From the NCBI GenBank assembly GCA_963707985.1, contig CAVPRW010000018.1, positions 177,896 to 241,895 on the forward strand: a stretch of DNA of 64,000 nt, written 5' to 3'. Source of the stretch: an uncultured Nitrospinota bacterium. Lineage in GTDB: Bacteria; Tectomicrobia; Entotheonellia; J063; CAVPRW01. The position numbers and the translations under genes are program-made. The notes under the pieces are model-generated. The model worked only from the letters and a program-made list of their open reading frames with translations. It searched no databases and was not told the origin of the DNA. Below, piece by piece: positions 12,701 to 22,977 of this stretch. Position 1 is the first letter of the stretch, and every line of letters starts with the position of its first letter.

Positions 12701-13320
12701 AGCTTACATACAGCCCGCCAACCCTTCCAGATCCCAAAAGAGCTCACGGTTGCCCTCACCCGTCTGAGTCAGCAAGAAAGCGCCACTGTATTTATGACCT
12801 TGGTTGCTGCCCTAAAGACACTGTTATTTAGCTACACAGGGCAGGAAGACATCCGTGTGGGTACTCTCGTGGCCAACCGGCAGCACCAGGACACCGAGGG
12901 GCTGATTGGCCTGTTTGCCAATCTGGCCATCCTGCGCACAACGCTTGGCGGGAATCCCTCCTTGCGCCAGGTGCTCCAGCGTGTGCGCACCACAACGCTA
13001 GACGCCTATGCCCATCAGGACATGCCCTTCGAGTATCTCGCACGCGCGTTAGTACACGAACGTCAGTGTGATCGTCAGTCACTCTTTCAAGTGATGTTCG
13101 CTCTGCAGAATGCTCGTCAGCACACGCTGGTACTGCCAGCCTTAGCCATCGAAGTGCTGGAGACACAACCCGTGGAGGCCAGCACCTGTGAGCTGGCCGT
13201 GTCAATCCGTGAAACCCCACAAGGACTGGAGGGGGTATGCATCTATCAAACAGCGCGATTCGACGCGCCTACCATCACCCGACTGCTCGAGGATTACCAG
13301 CAGGTACTTGAGTGCCTTTG
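3712..13320 (+). CDS. Non-ribosomal peptide synthetase A-T-C-A-T-C-A-T-C; one frameshift near 11510; 3' end interrupted by IS3
   Basis: ORFs 3691-11550 and 11420-13411 join at HPAI/RQAVVL. Carrier motifs GGDSL (~5413), GGDSI (8611), GGHSL (~11861). C motifs HHIIFDG, HHLLLDG, HHIISDG. A2/A3 motifs YTSGSTG, YGPTE, YKTGD. Confidence 0.93.
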
Positions 13321-14578
13321 TGATGGTCAAGTAAAAACGGACACTGAGTTAAGCTACTCTGGCCAACCGTTCGAAATCATTCGGACTGACATACCCCAAA
13401 TACGAATGTAACCGATTGCTGTTGTAGAACATCTCGATGTAGTCAATCACATCATCCCACGCCTCCTGGCGGGTGGCATAGTGACGGAGCGACGTGCGCT
13501 CACCCTTGAGACTGCCAAAGAACCGCTCGGCCACGGCATTGTCCAGGCAATCGCCCTTGCGACTCATACTACAGCGCATGCCGGACGCCGCCAGCAAGGC
13601 TTGATAGGTTCCACACGCATATTGACTCCCGCGATCCGAATGATGGATCATCCCGGCGGCGGGCTGGCGACGCCCCAACGCCATCTCTAAGGCTGCCTGC
13701 ACGAGGGCGGCATCCACGTGCTGACTCATCGCCCAGCCCACGACTTTGCGGGAATACAAATCCAGCAGCACGCCAAGGTACAACCACCCCTCGGCTGTCC
13801 GACATATAGGTCCATATCTCCGACCCACACCTGATTGGGCTTCTCCACCGCGAATTGGCGTGCCACGAGATTGGGGGCCACCGGATAGCCATGCCGACTA
13901 TCGGTCGTGACAGGATGACGCTGCTTGCGACGCTGGACCGTGACCTTGGCCTGCCGCATCAACCGCCGCGCTTTATAGCGGCCCACGGCAATACCATCGG
14001 CCTGGAGTTGCTTCGCCATGCGGCGGCTCCCATAGGTGTGCCGTGTCTCCACGGCGATAGCCTGCACCCGAGTCAAGAGGGCCGACCTCTTCAGCCCCTC
14101 CATCAGTCGAAGTTTGGCGCTGCACATACGCATAAAATCCGCTGCGACTGACCTGCATTTACCTCACCCATGACGGATACCGGCCATTGCGCCTGGTGCT
14201 GAGCCATAAAGGCATACCTCAGCTCAACTCGTTGGCAAAGAAGGCTGCCGCTTTTTTTAAAATCTCCCGCTCCAGCCGGAGACGCTTGTTTTCCTCCCGC
14301 AGACGGTGGAGCTCTTCGTGTTCGGGCAACAAACGACCCTTCCCAGGGAAGGCCCTGTCCTCTCGGGTCTCTTGTTCGCGTTTCCAGCGCCCGAGCATCG
14401 TGGCGTTGATCCCCAAATTCCGTGCGGCTTCGGCAACACCGTAGCCATGAACCGTCACGAGGCGGACTGCCTCATGCTTGAATTCTGCCGTATACGTTTG
14501 ATGTTCTCTGCGGCATTGGATTCACCTCCTTGGCCTACTTACACTCTTGTCGAAGTGTCCGTTCCTAGTAAACCACCA
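13321..14578 (-). mobile_element. IS3-family insertion sequence (~1258 bp); orfA and orfB both frameshifted
   Basis: TG...CA ends with imperfect 25-bp terminal inverted repeats (TGATGGTCAAGTAAAAACGGACACT vs reverse complement TGGTGGTTTACTAGGAACGGACACT). OrfA HTH ~14219-14516. OrfB DDE motifs WVGD, HHSDRGSQY, DNAVAERFF. Confidence 0.93.
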
Positions 14579-14815
14579 AACACTCATTGCTCAGCCAAGC
14601 TGCGACTGGTAACTTTCCGCACCCAACACAAGGCAGGAAGTTAATCGGTGTGCCAGCGCACTGTAGGAGTCAGGTCTATGAGGTATCAAAATGCTTGCTA
14701 TAGCGACTGTACCCTTATATGCTATTGCTTTATCATGGGTGTATGGGCGGCATAGTTAGCATGACCGACACCCACCATTGTACGATCCTATAACCGCCAT
14801 AGGGAGGATGACACT

Positions 14816-15242
14816 GTGGCTATACCGCTAGGTACACCATCATTGTTGTTAACGCTACTCAAGGACGTCCAGGTTGCGCCGTCCCAATATTTCAATTCCT
14901 TCGGTATTGATCCGAGCATCGCTCCAACCGTCCAGCGGAACATCGACGATGTGGTCGGGGCTCTAGATCCACGACCATTCCGGCGGAATCTGATAAAGGA
15001 TGTTGCGCAGGAGGAGCTTTATGACGTTTTATATGAAGTAATAGAAAAAGAGTATGAGAATCCAGGGCAGGATTCCAGAGAATCTAGTCTTAAATAGTGC
15101 AATTGGTATGGCGCTTGAGGATGCAATAAGGCAGGCCTCCGTTAGAGAAGCTAATAATCAGAAAGTCCAAGGTGATGATAGTATATTAAAATTGCGTGAT
15201 GTACTGAGGGGAAAAATAGTCAAAGCTCTCGAGCCAAAATAG
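14816..15242 (+). CDS. Hypothetical protein, probably one gene split by a frameshift near 15050
   Basis: Overlapping ORFs 14816-15097 and 15054-15242; GGGAGG RBS and a TTGCTA-N17-TATGCT promoter-like sequence upstream; AT-richer than the flanks. Confidence 0.5.
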
Positions 15243-15271
15243 GCAGACCCTCCGTCAACCTATTATGCTCT

Positions 15272-16741
15272 TCAGATGGTTCTGAGGAAGTTGATGCTGG
15301 GTGCGAAGAAATACTCTCCACCCATCAAGGTCACAAACCCATAGAAGCTGAAGGGCTCGGGTCCGTATTGTCCGCGAGAGGCACCCCACTGCGCTGGCCA
15401 TTGCTGTAGCGCCTCTGTGCTATCCTGAGCTTGTCCAATAATTGGATCAATCCCCGTCTGATCTTTCAAGTGGTCTCGATTATTGGCCAACTGGGCTTGG
15501 AGGTATTCAAACTGGTGGGCAATATCTCTTTGATAACACATGAAGAGTAAGCCTACTCCTGCCGCTGGTAGTTCGTCGATGCTCGGATCATCCTTCGGTT
15601 CTTTCTCACGTTTACCATAGGGAATGCCGCGGCGGGCGACACGGCGCATGCGCTCACGCTCGGGGAAGTTGGGGGGCATCTTCAATTTCTTGTCGAGTTC
15701 TCCGCGTGGATTTATTTTCCGAATATGCGCGTGGAAGGGACACTTCAGTCCATCAGGATCATCGCTATAGGCAGGATCATCGCTATAGGTGAAGTTGTTG
15801 GGTATGGGGGCGTGTAAGCCTTCAGTCTTGTGAAGAACCACCGGCGTGCCGTCCTCGAAACGTCCGATTGCCAGTGCACCAGCCCTTTCCTTGTCCTCTC
15901 CAGTTAATCTTAGGGCCTCGGCAAGTGCCTTTTCTTTTTCCTTGAAGGCTCGAACATTTTGCTCAAGTTTGCGGAACACTAGGTAGCTGCCGTAACCAGC
16001 CTCAGCCCCTCCACGGTTACGCTCTTGGACAACGACCAGGTTCGGTCCCGCATCAGGATTCCAGACTGATGTACCGTCATTTTCCCCCTGCTCTCGCTTG
16101 ACGCCTTCTGAAAAGAACAGTGGTTGGCTGCGGCCGTCTACATATCCGAAATGCTCGATATGTTCGTCGTGCTTGTTCCGCAGGGCTCGACCATGCTCGA
16201 CCGCACAGACGTCGGCGATCGGTTTAATGGCCTCTAGGATCTGACGTGCTTCTTGGAGTAGGAGGTTCTCGTCATCATCAGCGAGCAAGACCATAGCGTC
16301 GATCCGCTGCTGGTACCCTTTTTCCCAGGTATTCATTGGTGGATCGTGCAATACCTTGCCTCGCTCCTTCATCCCCTCCCGGAATGCTTGGCTATCTCCT
16401 GGAAGGTCACAGCCAAGATACTCATAGCCTGTAGCGGACAGAAAGAAACTGATGAACAGACTCCCGGGAATGTCGTATTGCGTATAGTCCGTAGCATCGT
16501 CGAGTTGCCTCTGTGCAGAAGTCACACGAGGAGCGAGGTTGTGTATCCATTTCTTCACTTTTTTTACTATTTCCTGCCTAGCTTCTTCCTGACCCTCTGC
16601 CTTAAATTGCAAGCAAATCATTACCGATCGATCTCGTCCATGCCCCCCCAGAATATTCCCTTGCATGTTGGTCAGCACGGCCCGAAGACTCTCGATCATG
16701 TTCTGAGGAATGGGATCTGAGAGTTCATGGAGATTGGCCAT
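15272..16741 (-). CDS. Dye-decolorizing (DyP-type) heme peroxidase, long form
   Basis: EHFGYVDGRSQP (GxxDG), proximal His in HAHIRKINPR, distal Arg in RRGIPYG, C-terminal GGEYFFAPS. Confidence 0.92.
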   Translation of the reverse strand: MANLHELSDPIPQNMIESLRAVLTNMQGNILGGHGRDRSVMICLQFKAEGQEEARQEIVKKVKKWIHNLAPRVTSAQRQLDDATDYTQYDIPGSLFISFFLSATGYEYLGCDLPGDSQAFREGMKERGKVLHDPPMNTWEKGYQQRIDAMVLLADDDENLLLQEARQILEAIKPIADVCAVEHGRALRNKHDEHIEHFGYVDGRSQPLFFSEGVKREQGENDGTSVWNPDAGPNLVVVQERNRGGAEAGYGSYLVFRKLEQNVRAFKEKEKALAEALRLTGEDKERAGALAIGRFEDGTPVVLHKTEGLHAPIPNNFTYSDDPAYSDDPDGLKCPFHAHIRKINPRGELDKKLKMPPNFPERERMRRVARRGIPYGKREKEPKDDPSIDELPAAGVGLLFMCYQRDIAHQFEYLQAQLANNRDHLKDQTGIDPIIGQAQDSTEALQQWPAQWGASRGQYGPEPFSFYGFVTLMGGEYFFAPSINFLRTI

Positions 16742-16979
16742 GTGTTATGCTCCTCCCTTCAATGCCAGAGGGCTGAGCCGACGCTATGGGGTTGGCACTA
16801 TGAGGTACTTCGATCGTCGCATAGAATCATGGCAGGAATCTATACGCGCGTGCTCAACGTTGGCCCCGCTCGGCCGCAATGCAGCCCAGTTTTTGTGGTA
16901 ATAGGCGCCTTTCACCTGTGCCAGGTGACCTTGCCGAGAACCTGGATCGGTCCCCGGTAAAGTCGGCCCCCTCGCAGGG

Positions 16980-17270
16980 TTAGCGGCTGCTCAGGACCGG
17001 ATTGTGATAGACTTCATCCCACGTCCGACGCTTGGCTTGCGCTGGATGGGCCGATGACGATGACTGGGGCTGCGTCAGCTGGACAAATTCTTGATCGCTG
17101 ATCACCCCTTTCGTCACCAGCAACTGCATCAACTGCCCGAGGTCGATGGTCGGTCGAGCAGGCGGAGTGGGGTCCCACTCGGGAGCCATCCACCCCTGGT
17201 CATCCGCCCCCACCACTAGAGGGACCGTCAGCAGCAGCAGCGCCAGTAACACCAAAATGTACCGCTTCAT
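16980..17270 (-). CDS. Small secreted hypothetical protein
   Basis: AAGGAG RBS; signal peptide MKRYILVLLALLLLTVPLVVGA; short helical motif LMQLLVTKGVISDQEF. Confidence 0.7.
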   Translation of the reverse strand: MKRYILVLLALLLLTVPLVVGADDQGWMAPEWDPTPPARPTIDLGQLMQLLVTKGVISDQEFVQLTQPQSSSSAHPAQAKRRTWDEVYHNPVLSSR

Positions 17271-17518
17271 GGCTCAGCTCCTTTCCAAGTGTTCCAGCTC
17301 ACATGGGAATGTCCTGAGATTGAGGTTCCCGGCATTCCCAGACCATGGGCACCTCCGACGTTGTCCCTCACACAACATGAGGCAGCTGCTTCTTGATGCG
17401 CTCCACAGCGATGACGGTTTGCCTGTGCAAAACAGACCTCTCCCTCAGTTCAATTCCAGGTATTCTGCCCTGCACATCGTTGTCGCTGTGTGTCGCCTGA
17501 CTGTGCACGAAGCTTTAG

Positions 17519-17532
17519 GCAAGAGCTATGCC
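17519..17532 (-). promoter_or_regulatory. Sigma-54 (-24/-12) promoter
   Basis: Minus strand GGCATAGCTCTTGC = GG-N10-GC, close to TGGCAC-N5-TTGC; divergent from a sigma-54 activator; IHF-like TGTCAACTAGTTG at 17551-17563. Confidence 0.7.
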
Positions 17533-17891
17533 GATGCTAGAACATCCACCCAACTAGTTGACATCACAATAAATATTTGCGCCAGCTCATGGGCGAGGGC
17601 CATTGAGCTACTGTGTAGGACTGTGCATTGGCGGGAAATACATTTCCAAGCCATCCTATTCCCACCCATATTCAGAGTCTTTCCAGCATGCTGTTCAGCG
17701 CTGACCAAGCTGTCGAGTTTCAACCAGTGACGTGAAATCATCTCCTCACGGCCGGGCTTGGTCTGTTGCGCGGAGTGGATGCGAGGAATTATGGCCTGGG
17801 GGGCTTAAGCCCTTGCGCTGTGGTCAGTGGGGCTGGACCGTCGATAGATGCGGATTGAGGTAGGAACAGTGCCAGGTCAGACGCTTCACAT

Positions 17892-17920
17892 TTGACAGCG
17901 CGCAGAGTGATGGGTAGACT
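17892..17920 (+). promoter_or_regulatory. Sigma-70 promoter of the activator gene
   Basis: TTGACA-N17-TAGACT upstream of GGGAGG and ATG 17948. Confidence 0.65.
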
Positions 17921-17947
17921 GTGGGCCATTCAACCGGGAGGCCTGTC

Positions 17948-19534
17948 ATGGAATCTCAAAATAGCTCGCAGGGGCCGCATAACTCGTCGGTGAATCCACC
18001 GTTGGAGCGTCACGTCCGCGAATTACAGGCGTTGTATGAGATCGGCCAGGCGCTCGCCTCTGTCCACGATCTCGACAACTTGCTACAGCTCGCCACCGAG
18101 CGCGTAGTAACGCTACTCGACATCCAAAGCGCCTCCATTATCTTGCTCGATGAGGAGCGCGACGAATTGGTCTTCAAAGTCGCCGACGATAGCCGCGTCG
18201 GCCATGAGCAGCACCTACTCGAGTTCCGCTTTCCCGCGAAGCAGGGCATCGCCGGCTGGGTCATTCATGAAGGCCGATCGCAGATCGTGCTGAACGTCGA
18301 CCAGGATCCACGCTTCTATAGTAAGGTCGATGACCATACTGGTACGAAGACGCGCTCCATCATCTGTGCTCCACTGCGGACGAAAGACCGGACCATCGGC
18401 GTCCTGGAAGCCATCAATAAGCTCCAGGGGGTATTCACGATCGAAGACGTACGACTGTTAGAAGCATTCGCCAATCAACTGGCGCTGGCGCTCGAGAATG
18501 CGCGTTTGATCCAGGAGTTGCGGGCAGCACGGGAGCGGCTCTCGGAGGAAAATCGCTACCTGCGCGAGGCCATGGCGGAAGAGGTACAATTCGATACGCT
18601 CGTCGGCGAAAGCCCCAGGATGCAGGAGGTCTATCGCCTGGTGCAGCGGGTGCTGAATACGACGTCCAACGTCCTGCTCACGGGGGAGAGCGGCACCGGC
18701 AAGGATCTGATCGCGCGAGTCCTCCACTTTCAAGGGCCGCGGGCCAAGGGACCGTATATCGCCGTCAATTGCGCAGCCATACCGGAGACTTTGCTGGAGG
18801 CAGAGCTCTTCGGCTATGAGCGCGGCGCTTTCACCGGCGCCACGCAACGCAAGCCCGGGCGCTTTGAGCTGGCTAGCGGAGGCACGCTCTTTCTGAACGA
18901 GATCGGCGATATGAGCCCGGTCCTTCAGGCCAAGCTCCTTCAAGTGTTGCAAGATTTGCAGTTCGAACGCTTGGGGGGGACGGAGACCATCACGACCGAC
19001 GCCCGCATCGTTGCAGCAACCAATCAAGATCTGGAGCGGCTGATTACCGAGGGGCGATTCCGCAGTGACCTGTTCTACCGCCTCAATGTCTACCCGATCG
19101 CCTTGCCACCGCTGCGAGAGCGTCTGGAAGACCTCAGCCGGCTGACCATGTTTTTCCTCAATCGCTTTAGCCAGAAGTTGCGCAAGGAGGTGCTGGGCAT
19201 CTCCAAGGAGGCCATGGGATTGCTCGAGCGCTACTCTTGGCCGGGCAACGTCCGAGAGTTGGAGAACGTCCTCGAGCGCGCGGTCATTCTCTCTCAGGGA
19301 ACGGTCGTGACGGCACAGGATCTGCCTTCCCTGCGCGACCATCCGAGACCTCCTGCCCTCAGTGGCGATGCCTTCCGGTTGCCGTCCGGGGGGATTGTCC
19401 TGGCAGAAGTGGAGAAGACGCTTATCCAACAGGCATTGGATCAAAGCCATCAGAACAAATCGCAGGCGGCTAAGCTGCTGGGACTAAGCCGCACGCAATT
19501 ACGTACGCGAATGCGACTCTACAGGCTGGAATAG
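17948..19534 (+). CDS. Sigma-54-dependent transcriptional activator (GAF-AAA+-Fis HTH, NifA/FhlA-like)
   Basis: GAF domain, GESGTGKD, GAFTGA, RSDLFYRL, WPGNVRELEN, C-terminal HTH. Walker B reads LFLNE. Confidence 0.95.
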   Translation: MESQNSSQGPHNSSVNPPLERHVRELQALYEIGQALASVHDLDNLLQLATERVVTLLDIQSASIILLDEERDELVFKVADDSRVGHEQHLLEFRFPAKQGIAGWVIHEGRSQIVLNVDQDPRFYSKVDDHTGTKTRSIICAPLRTKDRTIGVLEAINKLQGVFTIEDVRLLEAFANQLALALENARLIQELRAARERLSEENRYLREAMAEEVQFDTLVGESPRMQEVYRLVQRVLNTTSNVLLTGESGTGKDLIARVLHFQGPRAKGPYIAVNCAAIPETLLEAELFGYERGAFTGATQRKPGRFELASGGTLFLNEIGDMSPVLQAKLLQVLQDLQFERLGGTETITTDARIVAATNQDLERLITEGRFRSDLFYRLNVYPIALPPLRERLEDLSRLTMFFLNRFSQKLRKEVLGISKEAMGLLERYSWPGNVRELENVLERAVILSQGTVVTAQDLPSLRDHPRPPALSGDAFRLPSGGIVLAEVEKTLIQQALDQSHQNKSQAAKLLGLSRTQLRTRMRLYRLE

Positions 19535-19673
19535 GCTGCATGAGTGCCAGTGTCGGAAAGTACCACAGACCCTGTCCATGCCGTTGCTGGATGGACTCGG
19601 GTCATACAGCGGCGCGGACTCGCCTGATGATATTTCGCGGGGTCTCTTCGCAGGCAGTGAGGGAGTGCCGTCG

Positions 19674-20276
19674 ATGAGTGCGTCTTCTTTGCTTACCATC
19701 CCGGCCCGAAAAGGTAAGGCTGCTGTTCTGGCTAAAGGCCAGCGGGTCAAGATCATCAATACCCACGGTCAACAGGTGATCGACACCTGGGCCTTCAATC
19801 GCGCTGACCTGACGGAATGCCTGTCGATGGAACATTCGCGGGCTTCGTTGAGTCGGATCATGGCCAGAGTCGGCGATAGCATGGTGACCAACCACCGACG
19901 ACCGATCCTGACCATCATCGAAGACACTTCACCGGGCATTCATGATACGCTGATCGCCGCCTGTGATCGCTACCGCTATGAACTGTTAGGCTGTACCACC
20001 TATCACGATAATTGTACGGATAATTTGGCGGCAGGTATGGCAGCGCTTGGGTTGACACCGCCGAAGACGCCCAGCCCATGGAATCTGTTCATGAATATTC
20101 CGGTGCAAGCCGACGGTCGTGTCTCGTTCGAGCCCCCAGTCTGCAAGGCGGGCGATTACCTCGTGCTACGTGCGGAGATGGATTGCGTCATCGCCTTCTC
20201 TGCCTGTCCGCAGGATATCGTGCCCATCAATGGTCTGGCCTGTACGCCGACCGAGGCACACTTCGAGATCATCTAG
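19674..20276 (+). CDS. Urea carboxylase-associated family protein (DUF1989)
   Basis: GQQVIDTWAFN, HDTLIAACD, HDNCTDNL, NLFMNIP, SACPQD. Confidence 0.88.
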   Translation: MSASSLLTIPARKGKAAVLAKGQRVKIINTHGQQVIDTWAFNRADLTECLSMEHSRASLSRIMARVGDSMVTNHRRPILTIIEDTSPGIHDTLIAACDRYRYELLGCTTYHDNCTDNLAAGMAALGLTPPKTPSPWNLFMNIPVQADGRVSFEPPVCKAGDYLVLRAEMDCVIAFSACPQDIVPINGLACTPTEAHFEII

Positions 20277-20394
20277 ATGCGAAGTTGTTGGGGACGAGAG
20301 AGCTCCCGAGTGGCCAGCTTTCTCGATGCAGGGTGGTTGCAGAGCCCCTTCTCCCGGAAGGGGAGGAAGTGGCTATACGGGAAAGGAGGACGTC

Positions 20395-20850
20395 GTGATT
20401 CAACTGAGCCGCATCGGCCATGTACTTCTGAGGGTGGCGGATATCGAACGCTCGAAGGCATTTTATACCAAGGTATTAGGGTTTGAAGTGGTGGAGCAAG
20501 ACCCCGAGCATGGTGGGGTGTTTATGAGCTTGGGTGAGCACGGCCATACGCTGGATTTATCCCCCATCGAGAATCCCGAGACCGCTGTGCCGGTCACGCC
20601 CAATCGGGTCGGTGTCCATCATATCGCCTTCATGGTCGATAGCGAAAAGGCTCTCAAAGACGCCTATTTCGCGCTCGAAGATCAAGGGGTCGAAGTGGTG
20701 CGAGCCATCGATCATGTGAGCCAAAAGAGTATCTACTTCCATGATCCGGATGGCAATCGTCTGGAGATCTATTACGAGCTGCCTAATGCGCCGGAGATGT
20801 TTCGCCAGGGTCGCGGGGACCGGGACGAGCCCCTCGTCTTCCAGCGCTAG
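20395..20850 (+). CDS. VOC/glyoxalase family protein
   Basis: AGGAGG RBS with GTG start; IGHVLLRVADIERS, GVHHIAF, SIYFHDPDGNRLE. Confidence 0.9.
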   Translation: MIQLSRIGHVLLRVADIERSKAFYTKVLGFEVVEQDPEHGGVFMSLGEHGHTLDLSPIENPETAVPVTPNRVGVHHIAFMVDSEKALKDAYFALEDQGVEVVRAIDHVSQKSIYFHDPDGNRLEIYYELPNAPEMFRQGRGDRDEPLVFQR

Positions 20851-20927
20851 GAGTCGCTGCAACTGGGTGAGGCATGCGCATGCACTGAGGACGGCCGCAG
20901 TTCGGCCTCCGACTTCGTGTGTGTCGA

Positions 20928-21755
20928 CTAGGACGGCGTGTGGTCGTCCTTCGTGGCCTTGAGCGAAAACATCAACGGGATGCTCTTCTTCCCGTCGGGT
21001 AATTGCCAATAGCGCTCCGGCCCACGCTCCATCCAGGGGAACACGGCCCACGCCAGGAAGGGGTATTCTTCAAAGGCGGTGATTCGCAGCCCGGCACGCA
21101 GGAGTGAGCCGATGATCTCTGCGATCGGATGAACCCAAACATACGTAACGCTGCGGATGGGGGCATCGGGCACGGCATAGCAGCCGTTTTCCTCGATGCG
21201 TAGGGGCTCAGCCCCCTGGAAATAGGGGTAGAGGAGGCGAAGCTCGGCATCTGTCCGATTTTCGTCGAACAGCAGCGCGATAGGGTGGACCTCGACGATA
21301 TAAAAGATGCCGCCTGGCTTGAGGAAATGGGCGATCACTTGCGCCCAGCGGTCGAGGTCCGGCAGCCAGCCCAGCACGCCGTGAGAGGTGAAGACGACAT
21401 CGAACTGGCCCGTGAGGTGCTGCGGCAGGTCGTACAGGTTGCACTGAATGAACCTGGCGGGAATCCCCACCTCGGCAGCTAAGGCACGCGCGGCTTTGAT
21501 GCCCTCCTCGGAGAAATTGATGCCCGTCACGCTGGCTCCGCGACGGGCCCATTTCAGCGTATCCAGCCCAAAGTGGCATTGCAGGTGCAGCAGCGACTTG
21601 CCCGTTACGTCACCCGGCCCGGCGAGCACGATCGGGTCGAGGGTTCCGCCGCCCGCCTTGAAGCCCTCGATATCGTAAAATTTCGAGGCGAGGTGATACT
21701 GGGTCCAGGTGTCCCAGGTCTGTTGATTGGTCTTCAGGTACTCGTCCATCGCCAT
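20928..21755 (-). CDS. Class I SAM-dependent methyltransferase
   Basis: LLHLQCHFGLD motif I variant, FDVVFTS, LKPGGIFY; abuts the upstream LLM gene. Confidence 0.88.
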   Translation of the reverse strand: MAMDEYLKTNQQTWDTWTQYHLASKFYDIEGFKAGGGTLDPIVLAGPGDVTGKSLLHLQCHFGLDTLKWARRGASVTGINFSEEGIKAARALAAEVGIPARFIQCNLYDLPQHLTGQFDVVFTSHGVLGWLPDLDRWAQVIAHFLKPGGIFYIVEVHPIALLFDENRTDAELRLLYPYFQGAEPLRIEENGCYAVPDAPIRSVTYVWVHPIAEIIGSLLRAGLRITAFEEYPFLAWAVFPWMERGPERYWQLPDGKKSIPLMFSLKATKDDHTPS

Positions 21756-22655
21756 TCATCCTATCTGGGCGATCACCTCTTTGAACTGCCGCATGGCAGC
21801 GATGTGTTCATCCGGAAACTTCAGTCCACCTTCTCTGGCCTCGGCGATGAACTGGGTAGCCCCCACACTCTGCCAGGCCTTTACCTGCTTGATCCAGTCC
21901 TCGGGGGGCCTGCCCCCGACCCGCACGCGGCCCTCCAGAGGCAGCTCTAGCGGATCACGCCCGGCCTCTTTCGCATATTGATGCACCTGAGCCACGATCG
22001 CCTGGCCGTCCTCGTTCAGGGGAATATTCGGGCACCAGCCGTCGGCTAGACGTCCCACCCGACGCAGGACCGCGTCCGGTGGACGAGGGCTTTGCCGACC
22101 GCCGACCCCCAGCCAGATAGGGATAGGACGCTGCACAGGCAAGGGATTCAAGCCAGCATGCGAGATGGTATGCCAGCGACCGTGAAAGTCCACCACCTCC
22201 TCAGTCCACAACGCGCGCATGACAGCGATCTGTTCCTCGCACCGACGGCCTCTGTTGTGAAAATCCTGGCCTAGGGCTTCATACTCCACCTCATTCCAAC
22301 CGACGCCGATGCCGAGTCGCATGCGGCCGGCGCTGAGCACATCGATTTCAGCGGCCTGCTTGGCGACGAGGGCAGTCTGCCGTTGTGGCAAAATCAAAAT
22401 TCCGGTGGACAACGTGATTCTGCTGGTGATGGCCGCCAGATAGGCCATCAGCGTCAAGGGTTCATGCACGACGCTCTTGTACGAGTAACGGCCCAGGCTT
22501 GGATGTTGATGAAACTCCGGATCTGCCCCCAGGACATGATCGGCAATGAAAATATTGTCGTATCCGACCTCTTCAACAGCCTGCACGAAGGCGTGAATCG
22601 CCCCAAGATCGGTGCTGATTTCAGTTTGCGGAAAGATCGCGCCGACTTTCACCAT
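21756..22655 (-). CDS. LLM-class (probably F420-dependent) oxidoreductase
   Basis: ADHVLG, HEPLTLMAYLAA, LPQRQTALVAKQAAEID, GIGVGWN. Confidence 0.9.
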   Translation of the reverse strand: MVKVGAIFPQTEISTDLGAIHAFVQAVEEVGYDNIFIADHVLGADPEFHQHPSLGRYSYKSVVHEPLTLMAYLAAITSRITLSTGILILPQRQTALVAKQAAEIDVLSAGRMRLGIGVGWNEVEYEALGQDFHNRGRRCEEQIAVMRALWTEEVVDFHGRWHTISHAGLNPLPVQRPIPIWLGVGGRQSPRPPDAVLRRVGRLADGWCPNIPLNEDGQAIVAQVHQYAKEAGRDPLELPLEGRVRVGGRPPEDWIKQVKAWQSVGATQFIAEAREGGLKFPDEHIAAMRQFKEVIAQIG

Positions 22656-22977
22656 GATGGCTCCCGTGTATGATCATTATGCCTTTTCGGCTGATGTTGC
22701 TCTTGACGATCTGATGCGCCGAACACAATTCGCAAGCCAGGATACGACTCCGACAGCTCACAGCCCCTTGCAGGCACGACAGCCGACAAGGGTATGCCAG
22801 CAGGACGACGGTGGTGGCCGACGCTCCCGCTTGACAGCGCTACTGTAGCATTGCACATGCAGCGCCGGAAGAGAAAAATTGCGTCCTGACGTTTGTGGCT
22901 TGTGGTGGGAGCACAAGCGGGGTACAATCGCCCTCACTGATGGCATGATACTCAACCGACTTGAAGGGAGGCACATC

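Noticed and set aside
13310..14590. Target-site duplication around the IS3 element
   Set aside because: The flanks (…CCTTTG and AACACT…) share no clear 3-4 bp direct repeat.
15754..15789. 18-bp tandem duplication in DyP (YSDDPA/YSDDPD)
   Set aside because: Two copies only, in frame; an ordinary slippage duplication.
15272..16741. DyP as encapsulin cargo
   Set aside because: No encapsulin gene nearby and no C-terminal targeting tail; the protein ends right after GGEYFFAPS.
17385..17435. c-di-GMP-I riboswitch-like GCACAGGCAAACC on the minus strand
   Set aside because: No GNRA-capped P2 stem and no GACGCAAAGC or P3 element; the similarity is too short.
19535..19673. Guanidine riboswitch upstream of the DUF1989 gene
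   Set aside because: Neither the ykkC-type conserved 3' motif nor paired ACGR hairpins were found.
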